Positions 1-9,503 are shown, counted from the first letter of the stretch. The stretch: DNA of 64,000 bases from Candidatus Uhrbacteria bacterium (GCA_016188475.1 JACPHT010000006.1:2330-66329); one strand, 5' to 3'. The notes: generated from the sequence alone by a model not told the origin. A program made the numbers and translations.

Positions 1-489
1 TTGGATACAAAAGTTGTTCAACCAAAAACTGCATCAACAGCATCAAAGGAAGATCGAGCCGCTATGTTGATTCTCGGACTTTATGTGATGGACCCAGGAG
101 CTTTTCCTGAACTCTCTGCTGATATACATTTTCCAGAAAACAGCTCTTCATTAACTGTTGAGCTTTACACTCTTGCCAAAAGGCTTTACAATTCTTCCAA
201 CACTGCACAAAAACAATCTTTTTTTTCGAGGCTTGAAAATCACCTAAAAAGCGAGTCAAGAGAAGACCTTGTAAAGCTTCTCATAGAAATTTATTTTCTC
301 GCTGAAACAGCATTTTCACAATTGCCATCCGAAAATGTGCAGAAACAACTTAATATGCTCCTTTTGCTTCTGCGTCATTCAGAAGCGCAGAACAAACGCA
401 AAAATATAGCGATGGAGTTACGCCAAGCCGAACATGCCGGCGACAAGGAAACTGTTAAACGGCTTCTTTCAGAGTTAAATCATTTTTGA
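1..489 (+). CDS. dnaG: DNA primase, C-terminal part (partial)
   Basis: Open from the window edge; helical C-terminal region directly upstream of rpoD (conserved dnaG-rpoD order). Catalytic motifs are not in the window. Confidence 0.6.
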   Translation: MDTKVVQPKTASTASKEDRAAMLILGLYVMDPGAFPELSADIHFPENSSSLTVELYTLAKRLYNSSNTAQKQSFFSRLENHLKSESREDLVKLLIEIYFLAETAFSQLPSENVQKQLNMLLLLLRHSEAQNKRKNIAMELRQAEHAGDKETVKRLLSELNHF

Positions 490-511
490 GGTGAGCATGA
501 TTTTTTTTGGT

Positions 512-1762
512 ATGAATAAGACAAAGAAAAAGAACAAGAAATTTGATAAGAACAAAAAAAAGCACGTGAAAAAAGTTGTAAAAAAACACGTGGCGAGAAA
601 ACGACAAGAACCGAGTAAGAAATTTGTATCAAAAAAGGTTCAACCAGAGCGTGTTCGCTATAAGCGAGCTGAACCTCCGTCTGTTGAGGTCATAAACAAA
701 ATTCTCGAGAAAGGAAAACAGCGCGGATACATTACTGAAAATGAAGTTCTGTTTACATTCACAGAAGTCGAGGATTATGTTGATTTTTTTGAAGAATTTT
801 TGGATCGTATGGAACGACTCGGGATTCATTTTATTGAACTCAAAGAAGGAATTCTTGGTCGTGAAGTAGAACGTGGGGAAGTGTATGACAAAATTCGTCT
901 CACGCATGAGCGGCAGAAAGGCGCGGCAATTCCAGAGCTGACTCAAGATTCAATTCAAATGTATTTACGCGAGATCGGAAAGATTCCATTGCTCAATGGT
1001 GAACAGGAAGTTTCACTTGCAAAACGAAAAGAGCGAAATGAAAAAGAGGCTGAACGTCGTTTGATCGAAGCAAACTTGCGCCTTGTTGTTTCGATTGCAA
1101 AAAAGTTCGTTGGAAAACAAATGTCGCTATTGGATTTGATTCAGGAGGGGAACATCGGACTTTTTCGAGCTGTAAAAAAATTCGATTATCGAAAAGGTTA
1201 CAAGTTTTCAACTTACGCGACTTGGTGGATCAGGCAAGCAATCACGCGCGCGCTTGCTGATCAGTCGCGTACAATTCGTATCCCGGTTCACATGGTTGAA
1301 ACAATAAATCGTTTTCAACAAATTGAACGCCAACTTATTCAAGACTTGGGTCGTGAACCTCTTCCGGAAGAAATTGCCGCGGAAATGGGAGAGTCAATTT
1401 CCAAAGTCCGTCATATTCGAAAAATTTCTCAAGAGACAGTGTCGCTTGAAACGTCTGTTGGTGATGATGATGAAGACTCAAAACTTGAAGACTTTTTGGA
1501 AGACGTCAAAACGATTTCGCCGGATCGTCAGGCCGCTCGAGAACTTTTAAAAGATTATGTTACAAAAGCAATGGAAGGATTAACGCCGCGCGAACAAAAG
1601 ATTTTGGAAATGCGTTTTGGTTTAACAGATGGAGTCAGTCATACACTTGAAGAAGTCGGCCGTGAGTTTGATGTGACACGCGAACGCATTAGGCAAATTG
1701 AAGCAAAAGCGCTTGAAAAGATACAAGCAGATCCACTAATTGAAAAATTGAGAGACTATTAG
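512..1762 (+). CDS. rpoD: RNA polymerase primary sigma factor
   Basis: [68 protein letters not shown]; Lys-rich N-terminal extension; ATG at 512 chosen over GTG 491. Confidence 0.97.
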   Translation: MNKTKKKNKKFDKNKKKHVKKVVKKHVARKRQEPSKKFVSKKVQPERVRYKRAEPPSVEVINKILEKGKQRGYITENEVLFTFTEVEDYVDFFEEFLDRMERLGIHFIELKEGILGREVERGEVYDKIRLTHERQKGAAIPELTQDSIQMYLREIGKIPLLNGEQEVSLAKRKERNEKEAERRLIEANLRLVVSIAKKFVGKQMSLLDLIQEGNIGLFRAVKKFDYRKGYKFSTYATWWIRQAITRALADQSRTIRIPVHMVETINRFQQIERQLIQDLGREPLPEEIAAEMGESISKVRHIRKISQETVSLETSVGDDDEDSKLEDFLEDVKTISPDRQAARELLKDYVTKAMEGLTPREQKILEMRFGLTDGVSHTLEEVGREFDVTRERIRQIEAKALEKIQADPLIEKLRDY

Positions 1763-1813
1763 TTTGCAACGTTGTGAAATACTCGGCGATATACTAATTG
1801 CAAAGTCATAAAT

Positions 1814-2467
1814 ATGGCAATTAACGAAAAGGAGGTGATCGCTAATGCTCAACAAGACCCAGAGGCGTTCGGGCAGTTGTACGATGAGTACTACAAGCCC
1901 ATCTTTGGGTTTATGTACAGCAGAACCGGAAACAACGAAGTCGCAAAGGATTTAACAAGCGAAACTTTTTTTCAAGCTCTTAAAAATCTTCATCGATTTA
2001 AGTATCGAGAAGGCATATCGATTAAGTCTTGGCTTTTTGCGATTGCGGTTTCACAAATTGGAAATTATTTTCGCCAAAGAGCGAAAGTTTTTGAAGTAAC
2101 AATTGATGAAGCGCCGGAGATAATCGAACGTGATGAATTTCGGCCTGACGTTGCATTTCAAATTGGTGAAGACGTGGAAGAAGTAAGGAACAAGATAGTT
2201 CAATTGCGGCGCGTGATGAAACAGTTAAATCAAAAACAACAAGATATAATCACACTGAGATTTTTTTCGAAAATGACAATTCCAGATATCGCCGCAACAA
2301 TGAAAATGAAAGAGGGAACGATCAAATCGCATATTCATCGAGCGATTAAAAAAATGTCTGTTCTAATGATTCAAGAATCAAATGCGATTCAAGAATCAAA
2401 TGAGTCGACCAAGTCAGCTCAAAACGTATATGTCTTCCATTCTGAACCAAATCGAAGAAATGCTTGA
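1814..2467 (+). CDS. ECF (sigma-70 group 4) sigma factor
   Basis: Region 2 (AFGQLYDEY..DLTSETF..SWLFAIA) and region 4 (IAATMKMKEGTIKSHIHRA). Confidence 0.9.
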   Translation: MAINEKEVIANAQQDPEAFGQLYDEYYKPIFGFMYSRTGNNEVAKDLTSETFFQALKNLHRFKYREGISIKSWLFAIAVSQIGNYFRQRAKVFEVTIDEAPEIIERDEFRPDVAFQIGEDVEEVRNKIVQLRRVMKQLNQKQQDIITLRFFSKMTIPDIAATMKMKEGTIKSHIHRAIKKMSVLMIQESNAIQESNESTKSAQNVYVFHSEPNRRNA

Positions 2468-2837
2468 ACGTTTGGGATCTATCCAAACTCCTGAAGAAAC
2501 AGCGCATCGTTATGAATTGCGACGCGAGCTTTTGTGTTCTAGATATTTCAATAAAAGCATCGAGCAACAAAAGTGGAATCGCTTAATGACGTTTACGGTT
2601 CCGCTTTTTGCTGGAGGAGCGCTTGTTGTTGTTTTTACAATAGCAAGCGTAACGATAAATGAATCATCACAAACTGAGTCGCCGATTGTTTCACGTTCAT
2701 CGCAAATGATTACAGCGTCAACTGAAACTTTTGATTCAAAGATAGAGTTAATAAATAGCGATCAGTTTTTATCGCCTGTTGATGAGATGGTTAAATTTGT
2801 CCCTGTGCACACAGCTTCATTTGAATTTGCACAATAG
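2460..2837 (+). CDS. Putative membrane anti-sigma factor
   Basis: ATG overlaps the ECF stop (ATGCTTGA); one TM segment; position typical of anti-sigma genes. Confidence 0.55.
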   Translation: MLERLGSIQTPEETAHRYELRRELLCSRYFNKSIEQQKWNRLMTFTVPLFAGGALVVVFTIASVTINESSQTESPIVSRSSQMITASTETFDSKIELINSDQFLSPVDEMVKFVPVHTASFEFAQ

Positions 2838-2941
2838 ATTTTTTATTTTCGATCCGCCTATTGACAACTTCTTGCGCGTCCGTTCTCATTTGGTATTATG
2901 TTTTTACTAATTCATAACGATCTTTGAATAAAATAAGACGT

Positions 2942-3082
2942 ATGTTTTGTCCATTCAGTTTTGACATTGGAGACGATGATTGGGGAAATGGCGATGATGA
3001 TGGTTTGGCAGAAGAAGCCACGACAGATGTCGACGACGACGAAGATGGCGCAAGCGACGACGAAGAGAACGAAGATTGGTAA
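2942..3082 (+). CDS. 46-aa highly acidic small protein (not in ORF track)
   Basis: MFCPFSFDIGDDDWGNGDDDGLAEEATTDVDDDEDGASDDEENEDW; extended -10 TGGTATTAT at 2891-2899 upstream; terminator immediately downstream. Confidence 0.6.
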   Translation: MFCPFSFDIGDDDWGNGDDDGLAEEATTDVDDDEDGASDDEENEDW

Positions 3083-3087
3083 ATATA

Positions 3088-3111
3088 AAGCGGGCCTAAG
3101 AAGCCCGTTTT
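3088..3111 (+). terminator. Intrinsic terminator
   Basis: GCGGGC-CTAAGAA-GCCCGT followed by a T run. Confidence 0.65.
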
Positions 3112-3174
3112 ATGTTTGACAATTTTGTAAAAAAGTGTAAGATCATTCGGTCAGCTATGCAAAGGGGGATGATA

Positions 3175-3930
3175 ATGAGAAGGTTCGGCCGTTGGCTCAA
3201 GGATCCGAAGTTCGGACCTGTGCAAGGGCTTTCAAAATCAGTGGGACGTTGGCTTTCCGATCATTTCACAGCCAATCAAGTGACGCTCATCGGGCTTGTT
3301 ATCTGCATACCGATGTCTCTCTTTTTCATGCTCGATCAATACATTGTCGGAGCGACCTTGCTTACCATAAGTCTTATCACGGATTTTATGGACGGCGCAT
3401 TGAGTCGCTATCAGCAAGGTTCACGACCAGCGATGACACTTGATGAGGAAGTGTCTCTGACACTCTGGAAGCGCGTCAATTATCGAGGTGTCACACACCT
3501 TGGTCGCACACTTGATCCGCTCGCAGACAAACTACGGTTCTTTCTTGTTCTTTATTCGCTTGGAATCGGTTATGTCGCAAACTGTGTGATCGTGTTGCTG
3601 ACGGTTGTTGCTGTTTGTCTGACGCTCATGCGTCCGATCAAACAGTATCTCAAGCTCGATAACGTGAGCAGTAACCGATTCGGGAAAATCAAAATCTGGG
3701 CGGAGATCATTGGAATGGCATTTCTGGTTTTCGTACCAGAGGGCTATCATCATCCAACGATCGTAACGATAGTGAACACTGTTTTCATTTTCGCGCTCGC
3801 GTTTGGAGTGTTTTCTCTGCTCGGACACATCTTCACAGGGTATCTCTCATATCGCAGGCGTAGTTGGCAAAGAATAAAGACGGCCATTCCTGTTACAGTC
3901 GAATCTACTGATACCGACGACGACTTCTGA
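3175..3930 (+). CDS. CDP-alcohol phosphatidyltransferase family protein
   Basis: TANQVT, DFMDGALSR...GRTLDPLADK signature; multiple TMs; GGGGG RBS before ATG 3175. Confidence 0.88.
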   Translation: MRRFGRWLKDPKFGPVQGLSKSVGRWLSDHFTANQVTLIGLVICIPMSLFFMLDQYIVGATLLTISLITDFMDGALSRYQQGSRPAMTLDEEVSLTLWKRVNYRGVTHLGRTLDPLADKLRFFLVLYSLGIGYVANCVIVLLTVVAVCLTLMRPIKQYLKLDNVSSNRFGKIKIWAEIIGMAFLVFVPEGYHHPTIVTIVNTVFIFALAFGVFSLLGHIFTGYLSYRRRSWQRIKTAIPVTVESTDTDDDF

Positions 3931-5140
3931 AGCCTGACCGGGCTTCTTTTTTTGGCCATCTTGGACCTTTCGGACCTCTGTAACCTCTGTATTGTGGTTG
4001 TTCTGGCGCGACTGGCTCGCCAGACGGAGTTTTCATTGCAAGTGTTTTTCTAATAAGCCTTTCAATTCCGCGAACATCTGCTTTTTGTTCAGGCGCCGCG
4101 AACGAAATCGCTTTGCCAGTTTTTCCAGCGCGTCCTGTTCGCCCGATTCTATGAACATAATCTTCCAGATGATCCGGCAAATCAAAATTCAAAACAAGCT
4201 CAATGTTTTTTACATCAATTCCTCGCGCTGCAATATCTGTTGCAACCAAAACGCGATACTTGCCAGACGAAAAACCTCTTAAAGCATCTTGGCGCTGGTT
4301 TTGTGAACGATTGGAATGAATCTCGGTAACAGTGTGATTCATTTGCTTAATCATGCGCGCGACTTTTGTTGCTCCGTGTTTTGTTCGTGTGAACAAAAGT
4401 ACGGTTCCTTTGTATTCCTTAAGTAGTCGTTCGAGCAGTTGGGCTTTTTCTGTTTTTGAGACTATGTAAACTTCTTGATCAACTTTTTCAATCGTTGTTC
4501 CAGATGGAGCGACCTCGATTCGCAAAGGTTGTTTCATGTATGTTCGCGCGATCTTTGCAATTTCCTCCGGCATTGTCGCAGAAAACAACATTGTTTGACG
4601 ATCAGTCGGAACAGTAACAAGAATTTTTTTAAGTTGTGGAGCAAATCCCATATCAAGCATGCGATCCGCTTCATCAAGCACTAACACTCCAACGCGATCA
4701 AGTTTCAAGTTTCTTTGTTCGAGATGATCAATAAGACGACCGGGTGTCGCAACAATGACGTGCGGTTTTGCGCGAAGTTGTCTTATTTGCGGATTCATTG
4801 GCACTCCGCCTATGAGCACGGCTGTGCGAAGACCCATTGTTATTCCAATTTTTCGTATGACTTCATCAACCTGAACAGCAAGCTCGCGAGTAGGGAGGAG
4901 AACAAGCCCCATTTTTGAACGCGCTGACATTTGTTGAAGCATCGGAATTGTAAAAGCAAGCGTCTTTCCAGTACCGGTTTGCGCAATTCCAATAAGATCT
5001 TCGCCTGTTGCGGCAACTGGAATTGCTTTGAATTGAATCGGTGTTGGATGCTTAAACCCAAGTTTTTCAAGTCTTTCTAAAAGCGTTGGAGCGATTCCTA
5101 ATCCGAAAAAGGTTTGTTCTTGAAGTTCTTCTCTAGGCAT
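3905..5140 (-). CDS. DEAD-box RNA helicase (RhlE-like)
   Basis: Q motif, AQTGTGKT, PTRELA, LDEADRM, SAT, ARGID, HRIGRTGR. Confidence 0.95.
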   Translation of the reverse strand: MPREELQEQTFFGLGIAPTLLERLEKLGFKHPTPIQFKAIPVAATGEDLIGIAQTGTGKTLAFTIPMLQQMSARSKMGLVLLPTRELAVQVDEVIRKIGITMGLRTAVLIGGVPMNPQIRQLRAKPHVIVATPGRLIDHLEQRNLKLDRVGVLVLDEADRMLDMGFAPQLKKILVTVPTDRQTMLFSATMPEEIAKIARTYMKQPLRIEVAPSGTTIEKVDQEVYIVSKTEKAQLLERLLKEYKGTVLLFTRTKHGATKVARMIKQMNHTVTEIHSNRSQNQRQDALRGFSSGKYRVLVATDIAARGIDVKNIELVLNFDLPDHLEDYVHRIGRTGRAGKTGKAISFAAPEQKADVRGIERLIRKTLAMKTPSGEPVAPEQPQYRGYRGPKGPRWPKKEARSGFRSRRRYQ

Positions 5141-5294
5141 ATATGCATGGAGTCTATCAAATTTCTCAAATTTTAGCAATAAAAAAAGCTGAAGTGATGA
5201 AGTTTGATTCAGATTGACGAAATTGTTTTTATTGATTACGCTCAAAAGCGTCCGTTTTCAGGACGATCAAAACGAGGTAAAAAAAGTGGAAGCT

Positions 5295-5717
5295 ATGAGA
5301 GGAGTCAGACTTAATCTTGAAAAACGTCTGAAAGCAACTTTCGGAAACTCGATCACATGCGAACAGACTGAAATAGGAATGGCTGGAAGCGGCGGATTCG
5401 CGGTTGATCATGATCAGCAAGCCACTATCACAGCAATGCAATTCAGAAACGATGGTCTTTTCGTGAAGATATGTGAGAACACTTGGTATATTGTTCTCCG
5501 AATCAAGACGAGCAACATGATCAAGGTGGATGAATTTGTTCGAACACAGATTCCTTGCAAAGCACCAAAGACAGAGTGGCCGCCTACTGATGTCGAAGAC
5601 AGGTATCGGAAGTTTCGACGACAACTTCGTTCTGCTAGGTTTTACTGTGGAACTCTTTTGTCCGCTGTACTGCGAGCTCCAGTTCGAATGTTTTCTCGTC
5701 ATCGTCGTTCAACGTAA
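5295..5717 (+). CDS. Hypothetical protein
   Basis: 140-aa ORF in a gap between recognisable genes, followed by a terminator; start uncertain. Confidence 0.5.
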   Translation: MRGVRLNLEKRLKATFGNSITCEQTEIGMAGSGGFAVDHDQQATITAMQFRNDGLFVKICENTWYIVLRIKTSNMIKVDEFVRTQIPCKAPKTEWPPTDVEDRYRKFRRQLRSARFYCGTLLSAVLRAPVRMFSRHRRST

Positions 5718-5768
5718 AACTTGCGTGATAAACGCGCGACTATTCTTACGACCCATTCGGGTCGTTTT

Positions 5769-6647
5769 TTATTTCAACTTTTCCTGAATCCAAGCGATAA
5801 TATGTTTTCTAAATTTTAAATTCGGTAGGTCTTTCAAAAGTTCAGCAGTCTTATCATCCAAACAAAGAATTTTTGATGAACCTTTTTCGAGATCTTTAAA
5901 GTTTACGAATGTATAATCTGATTTTTCTGTTTTTTGAATTTCTTTCATCATACTCATGATTTCTTCTCGACGTTCAGCAAGTAGTTTATCAACGCCGATA
6001 ATTTCAATCTGACCAATCGCGAAGGTTTTTTCTTCAATGACAATCGTTTTCAAATCGCCAAACAAAATTTCGCGCAGTCGATTACCTGATAAGTCGGACT
6101 TCGCAATGAACATTTTTTGTGCGAGATCATCTGGAGCGTTTGAAATTTGTTTTAACCAATCAGCCATTTCTCGATCGCGATCAGTTGAAATTCCCGTGAA
6201 ATTTTCTGTGTTAGAAATGATTGCTCCATAAAGAAACATCGCTGATTCTTTTGACGGTTTAATGTTTTCTTTTTTGAATCGTTCGGCAACTAGAGTTGCG
6301 GAAGCGCCTACAAGTTCAATTTGTGAAATTGCATTTGGAAAAGCTTTAATGTTGTTGATTCGTCTGTGGTCAATTATTTCGATAACTTGTTTGACTTGAA
6401 GCGGTTTTGGAAGATCATCAGGTGAACTTGCATCCAAAAGAACGACTTCAGTTGTTGTGTCGTCTGTTGGACCTTTTGCCTGCGGAAGTTTGAACCTATC
6501 CATAAACCATTGAACTTCAAGATGCGGCGTTCCCCAAATCCGGGTATGAGCGTCTTTTCCTTTTGTTTGAAGAAGTTCCGCGTATGCCATCGCTGATCCG
6601 TATCCATCAAGATCAGGATTTTCGTATGATGTAGTGATAGTTTTCAT
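5769..6647 (-). CDS. ppaC: DHH-family Mn-dependent inorganic pyrophosphatase-like protein
   Basis: NPDLD, VVLLD, IIDHR (DHH variant), VGASAT, AIISNT, DLK..GQIE DHHA2 domain. Confidence 0.75.
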   Translation of the reverse strand: MKTITTSYENPDLDGYGSAMAYAELLQTKGKDAHTRIWGTPHLEVQWFMDRFKLPQAKGPTDDTTTEVVLLDASSPDDLPKPLQVKQVIEIIDHRRINNIKAFPNAISQIELVGASATLVAERFKKENIKPSKESAMFLYGAIISNTENFTGISTDRDREMADWLKQISNAPDDLAQKMFIAKSDLSGNRLREILFGDLKTIVIEEKTFAIGQIEIIGVDKLLAERREEIMSMMKEIQKTEKSDYTFVNFKDLEKGSSKILCLDDKTAELLKDLPNLKFRKHIIAWIQEKLK

Positions 6648-6723
6648 ATAAAAATATTTTATCATACAGTGAGACACATCAAATAAAAACCACCCTCAAA
6701 TCGAGGGTGGCTTACAACGAAAT

Positions 6724-6924
6724 TTATACGCGAGTTACATTGACAGCGGCTGGTCCTTTTGGGCCAGAGTTGTCGATCTCGAAGTTGACTGTGTCGCCAA
6801 CGTTCAACTCGTCATATGTCACACCTTGGAGCTCTTTTGAGTGGAAGAAAAGATCCTTTGCCTCGCCTTCGCGAGAAATGAATCCAAATCCCTTTTCCGT
6901 AAGAGTCTTGATTGTTCCTGTCAT
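6724..6924 (-). CDS. csp: Cold-shock protein
   Basis: KGFGFI, DLFFH, GPKGPAAVNV. Confidence 0.95.
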   Translation of the reverse strand: MTGTIKTLTEKGFGFISREGEAKDLFFHSKELQGVTYDELNVGDTVNFEIDNSGPKGPAAVNVTRV

Positions 6925-7049
6925 ACGAATGTGTTTTGGTTGCTTATTTTGAAACTCGACTTTGTTTCTATGTCTAAATGACAGCGATAGTATAGATTAA
7001 GTCTCTGATTTTAGCAAGGGCTTGTTAAACCCATAAGCAGCCAATGTCC

Positions 7050-7078
7050 TTGTCTAGAGTTTGATGCTTTGTTATAAT
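7050..7078 (+). promoter_or_regulatory. Sigma-70 promoter of the tRNA-Asn/GIY-YIG locus
   Basis: TTGTCT-17 bp-TATAAT with extended TG. Confidence 0.7.
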
Positions 7079-7102
7079 CACGTCGTTCTTAATAATGAAC
7101 AT

Positions 7103-7220
7103 TCGGGGGTTCCGCCAGAGGCGGACTGACCTTTTTTGTCAGAGCTTCAGTGCTGCGCCCGCCTTTGGCGGGGCAGAGCAGTTTCAGCCTTAGGCTGACC
7201 CGCCTTTGGCGGGGGCTGTT
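7103..7220 (+). pseudogene. Disrupted duplicate of the tRNA-Asn 5' half with three palindromic insertions
   Basis: Removing the hairpin inserts leaves TCGGGGGT-AGCT(T)CAGTG-GCAGAGCAGTT-GGCTGTT, matching exon 1 at 7464-7497 plus the next anticodon base. Confidence 0.8.
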
Positions 7221-7224
7221 GATT

Positions 7225-7473
7225 ATGTCTTATACAATTTATATTCTGCGCAGTCTCAAAAATGAGAAACGATACATTGGTTATACTGGGAAAAGTGTTG
7301 ATGAAAGATTCCATGAACATTTATCCGGTACGAATCAATGGACTCGACAGAACGGTCCGTTCATTTTGATTCATACTGAGTCATTCAATGACAAAGAATC
7401 AGCCATTAAACGTGAACGTTTTCTAAAAAGCGGTCAAGGTCGTAAATGGCTTGATGAAAATATTCGGGGGTAG
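7225..7473 (+). CDS. Small stand-alone GIY-YIG nuclease (82 aa)
   Basis: YTIYILRS..RYIGYT..R..EH..G..WT..GP..E..A..RE..LKSG.GR; stop TAG is nt 8-10 of the tRNA. Confidence 0.9.
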   Translation: MSYTIYILRSLKNEKRYIGYTGKSVDERFHEHLSGTNQWTRQNGPFILIHTESFNDKESAIKRERFLKSGQGRKWLDENIRG

Positions 7474-7782
7474 CTCAGTGGCAGAGCAGTTGGCTGTGAC
7501 CAGGATCAGACGGTCCAAATAGCAGCTTCCGGTGGAAACATCGGATGAAAAATGAGGTGAATTGCTGGAAGTCTTCGATGAAAATATCTTGATAATCAGC
7601 AGCCAAGCCCCGCTACAGCGGGGAAGGTTCAGAGACTATCCGAAAGGAGTACTGTTTCGACTTTGGTTGAAACGGGAAGCGCCTCACGCCCTTTTGGGCG
7701 ATGATATAGTCCACCCCTTTGGGAAACCAGAGGATTATGTGTAACCAATTGGTCGTGGGTTCGAATCCCACCCCCCGAGCCA
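7464..7782 (+). tRNA. tRNA-Asn(GTT), intron-containing (exons 7464-7497 and 7742-7782)
   Basis: Joined exons give a cloverleaf: acceptor TCGGGGG/CCCCCGA, D arm, anticodon arm TTGG-CTGTTAA-CCAA, GTGGG-TTCGAAT-CCCAC, discriminator G, encoded CCA. Confidence 0.93.
7498..7741 (+). ncRNA. Group I self-splicing intron (244 nt, no ORF) between anticodon positions 35 and 36
   Basis: Exon ends in U and intron ends in G; IGS GCAGCT (7522-7527) pairs with exon GGCTGT with a U-G pair at the splice site; P AATTGCTGGAA (7560), Q AATCAGCAG (7594), R GTTCAGAGACTA (7627), S ATGATATAGTCC (7701); P3 TGAGGTG/CGCCTCA. Confidence 0.92.
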
Positions 7783-7971
7783 AAAAACAACCATCGTAAG
7801 TAAGATGGTTGTTTTTTGGCTCCGAACCCTGAACGAAATCCGAACTTTTTTTAGCGAAAATCCGAACGCTGAATTTTGAAAAATTTTTAAGCTCGGGCGG
7901 GCAAAAAGGAAGGAGGTTGGGGGGAAGGAATTTTTGCCCGCCCTCGCTTTTCCGCCGCCGCCGAATTTCGT
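7782..7971 (+). repeat. Left 190-bp inverted repeat of island
   Basis: Reverse complement of 12953-13142 with one mismatch seen; begins at the tRNA CCA and includes the terminator hairpin AAAAAACAACCATC/GATGGTTGTTTTTT. Confidence 0.95.
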
Positions 7972-8147
7972 ATTTCGCTTTGCGAAATGCGCCGCCAAAG
8001 AAGATGTTGCCCTTGCCCCAGCCCTCCCGTGCGCGGGCAACGACAAGGAACTCCCTTTTGTCTTTACGAATCTCAATAAATTTGATAATATAGTAATAAA
8101 TTAAGCAATATAAATCGCTATTACTTTAATTATAGTAATATATTACA

Positions 8148-8363
8148 ATGTCGTCAATAAACAAATCCACTATCGCAGAGAATATGAAGAAATACCGAAA
8201 CAAGCTCGGTATTTCTCAAGATAGGCTCTCAAAACTTGCTGATGTTACCTATAACACGATTATCAAGATTGAATCGGGAGCAAACATCAACCCAACCATA
8301 GAAACGCTGTCTAAAATCGCCAAAGCGCTTAATGTTGGCGTTGATGATTTAATACAGAAATAA
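8148..8363 (+). CDS. XRE-family HTH regulator (R-M controller-like)
   Basis: MKKYRNKLGISQDRLSKLADV..TIIKIESG..NPTIETLSKIAKAL. Confidence 0.9.
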   Translation: MSSINKSTIAENMKKYRNKLGISQDRLSKLADVTYNTIIKIESGANINPTIETLSKIAKALNVGVDDLIQK

Positions 8364-8365
8364 TT

Positions 8366-9502
8366 ATGGCTAGAACATCCTCAATCAAAAATCTAAAGAA
8401 AGCAAGGAAAGCAAAGAACGATGAGTTTTATACCCAATACGGCGACATTCAAAAAGAGATTGAAAAATATCTGGATTATAATCCTGATACTTTTCGCAAC
8501 AAGGTAGTGTATTGCAACTGCGATGATCCGTTTGAAAGCAATTTTTTCCGTTATTTTGTGCTGAATTTTAACAAACTTGGATTGAAACAGCTTATCACCA
8601 CCAGCTATAAACCTTCACCTGTAGCCAACACCCAGCTACAACTGTTTGGTAATGACAAGACTCTTCCGAAATCAAAAGGGCGTCCCAAGATAACCGCCAA
8701 CAAATTTATTATTAACGAAGTGCACGACATAGACGAAGACGGCGAATTCAACTTAAAAGATGTTTCCAAGCAATTAAAAGCAAACAAAAACAATGAATGG
8801 ACGCCACTAGAGGGCGACGGCGATTTTCGTAGCGATGAATGTATTAGTTTGCTTAAACAATCCGACATTGTCGTAACGAACCCCCCCTTTAGTTTGTTTC
8901 GTGAATATGTTAAGCAACTTTTTGATTATAATAAAAAGTTTTTGATTATCGGCAATATTAATTGTCTAACTTATCGAGAGATATTCCAAAAAATTAAAGA
9001 AAATAGAGCATGGCTTGGCAATGGAATGGGAAGGTGGATTTCTGGATTTATTGTGCCTGAATCTTACGAATTGTACGGATCAGAAGCACGAATAGACGAA
9101 AATGGAAACAGAATTGTCGCCACTAATAATTGTTTGTGGCTCACTAATCTTGACCACGGGCGCCGTCATCAACCATTGCCACTTATGACAATGGCGGAGA
9201 ATTTAAAGTATAGTAAACATAAAGAAATTAAAGGAAAAAAGTCGTATGATAAATACGATAATTACAAAGCAATAGAAGTACCTTTTACAGATGCAATACC
9301 AAGTGATTATAAGGGCGTAATGGGTGTGCCAATTACTTTTCTTGATAAATATAATCCTGACCAATTTGAAATTTTAGGAAATTCTAATGTTCGAGGAGAA
9401 CGAGAACATTTAATGAATAATGTAAAAAGTGCAACGGATTGCACTTATATAAACGGTAAGGCGCAATTTGCGCGTATTTTAATTAAACATAAGAAAAAAT
9501 AA
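8366..9502 (+). CDS. Adenine-specific DNA methyltransferase, EcoRI-methylase family
   Basis: KNDEFYT, VYCNCDDP, GDGDFRS.E, DIVVTNPPFSLFREY, MGVPITFLDKYNP.QF. Confidence 0.88.
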   Translation: MARTSSIKNLKKARKAKNDEFYTQYGDIQKEIEKYLDYNPDTFRNKVVYCNCDDPFESNFFRYFVLNFNKLGLKQLITTSYKPSPVANTQLQLFGNDKTLPKSKGRPKITANKFIINEVHDIDEDGEFNLKDVSKQLKANKNNEWTPLEGDGDFRSDECISLLKQSDIVVTNPPFSLFREYVKQLFDYNKKFLIIGNINCLTYREIFQKIKENRAWLGNGMGRWISGFIVPESYELYGSEARIDENGNRIVATNNCLWLTNLDHGRRHQPLPLMTMAENLKYSKHKEIKGKKSYDKYDNYKAIEVPFTDAIPSDYKGVMGVPITFLDKYNPDQFEILGNSNVRGEREHLMNNVKSATDCTYINGKAQFARILIKHKKK

Positions 9503-9503
9503 T

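Noticed and set aside
7150-7224. N-terminal extension of the GIY-YIG ORF given in the ORF track
   Set aside because: It translates palindromes and tRNA remnants; the domain begins at ATG 7225.
7562-8076. ORFs 7562-7744 (+) and 7735-8076 (-)
   Set aside because: They overlap the intron core, the antisense of tRNA exon 2 and the inverted repeat; no intron-encoded protein is supported.
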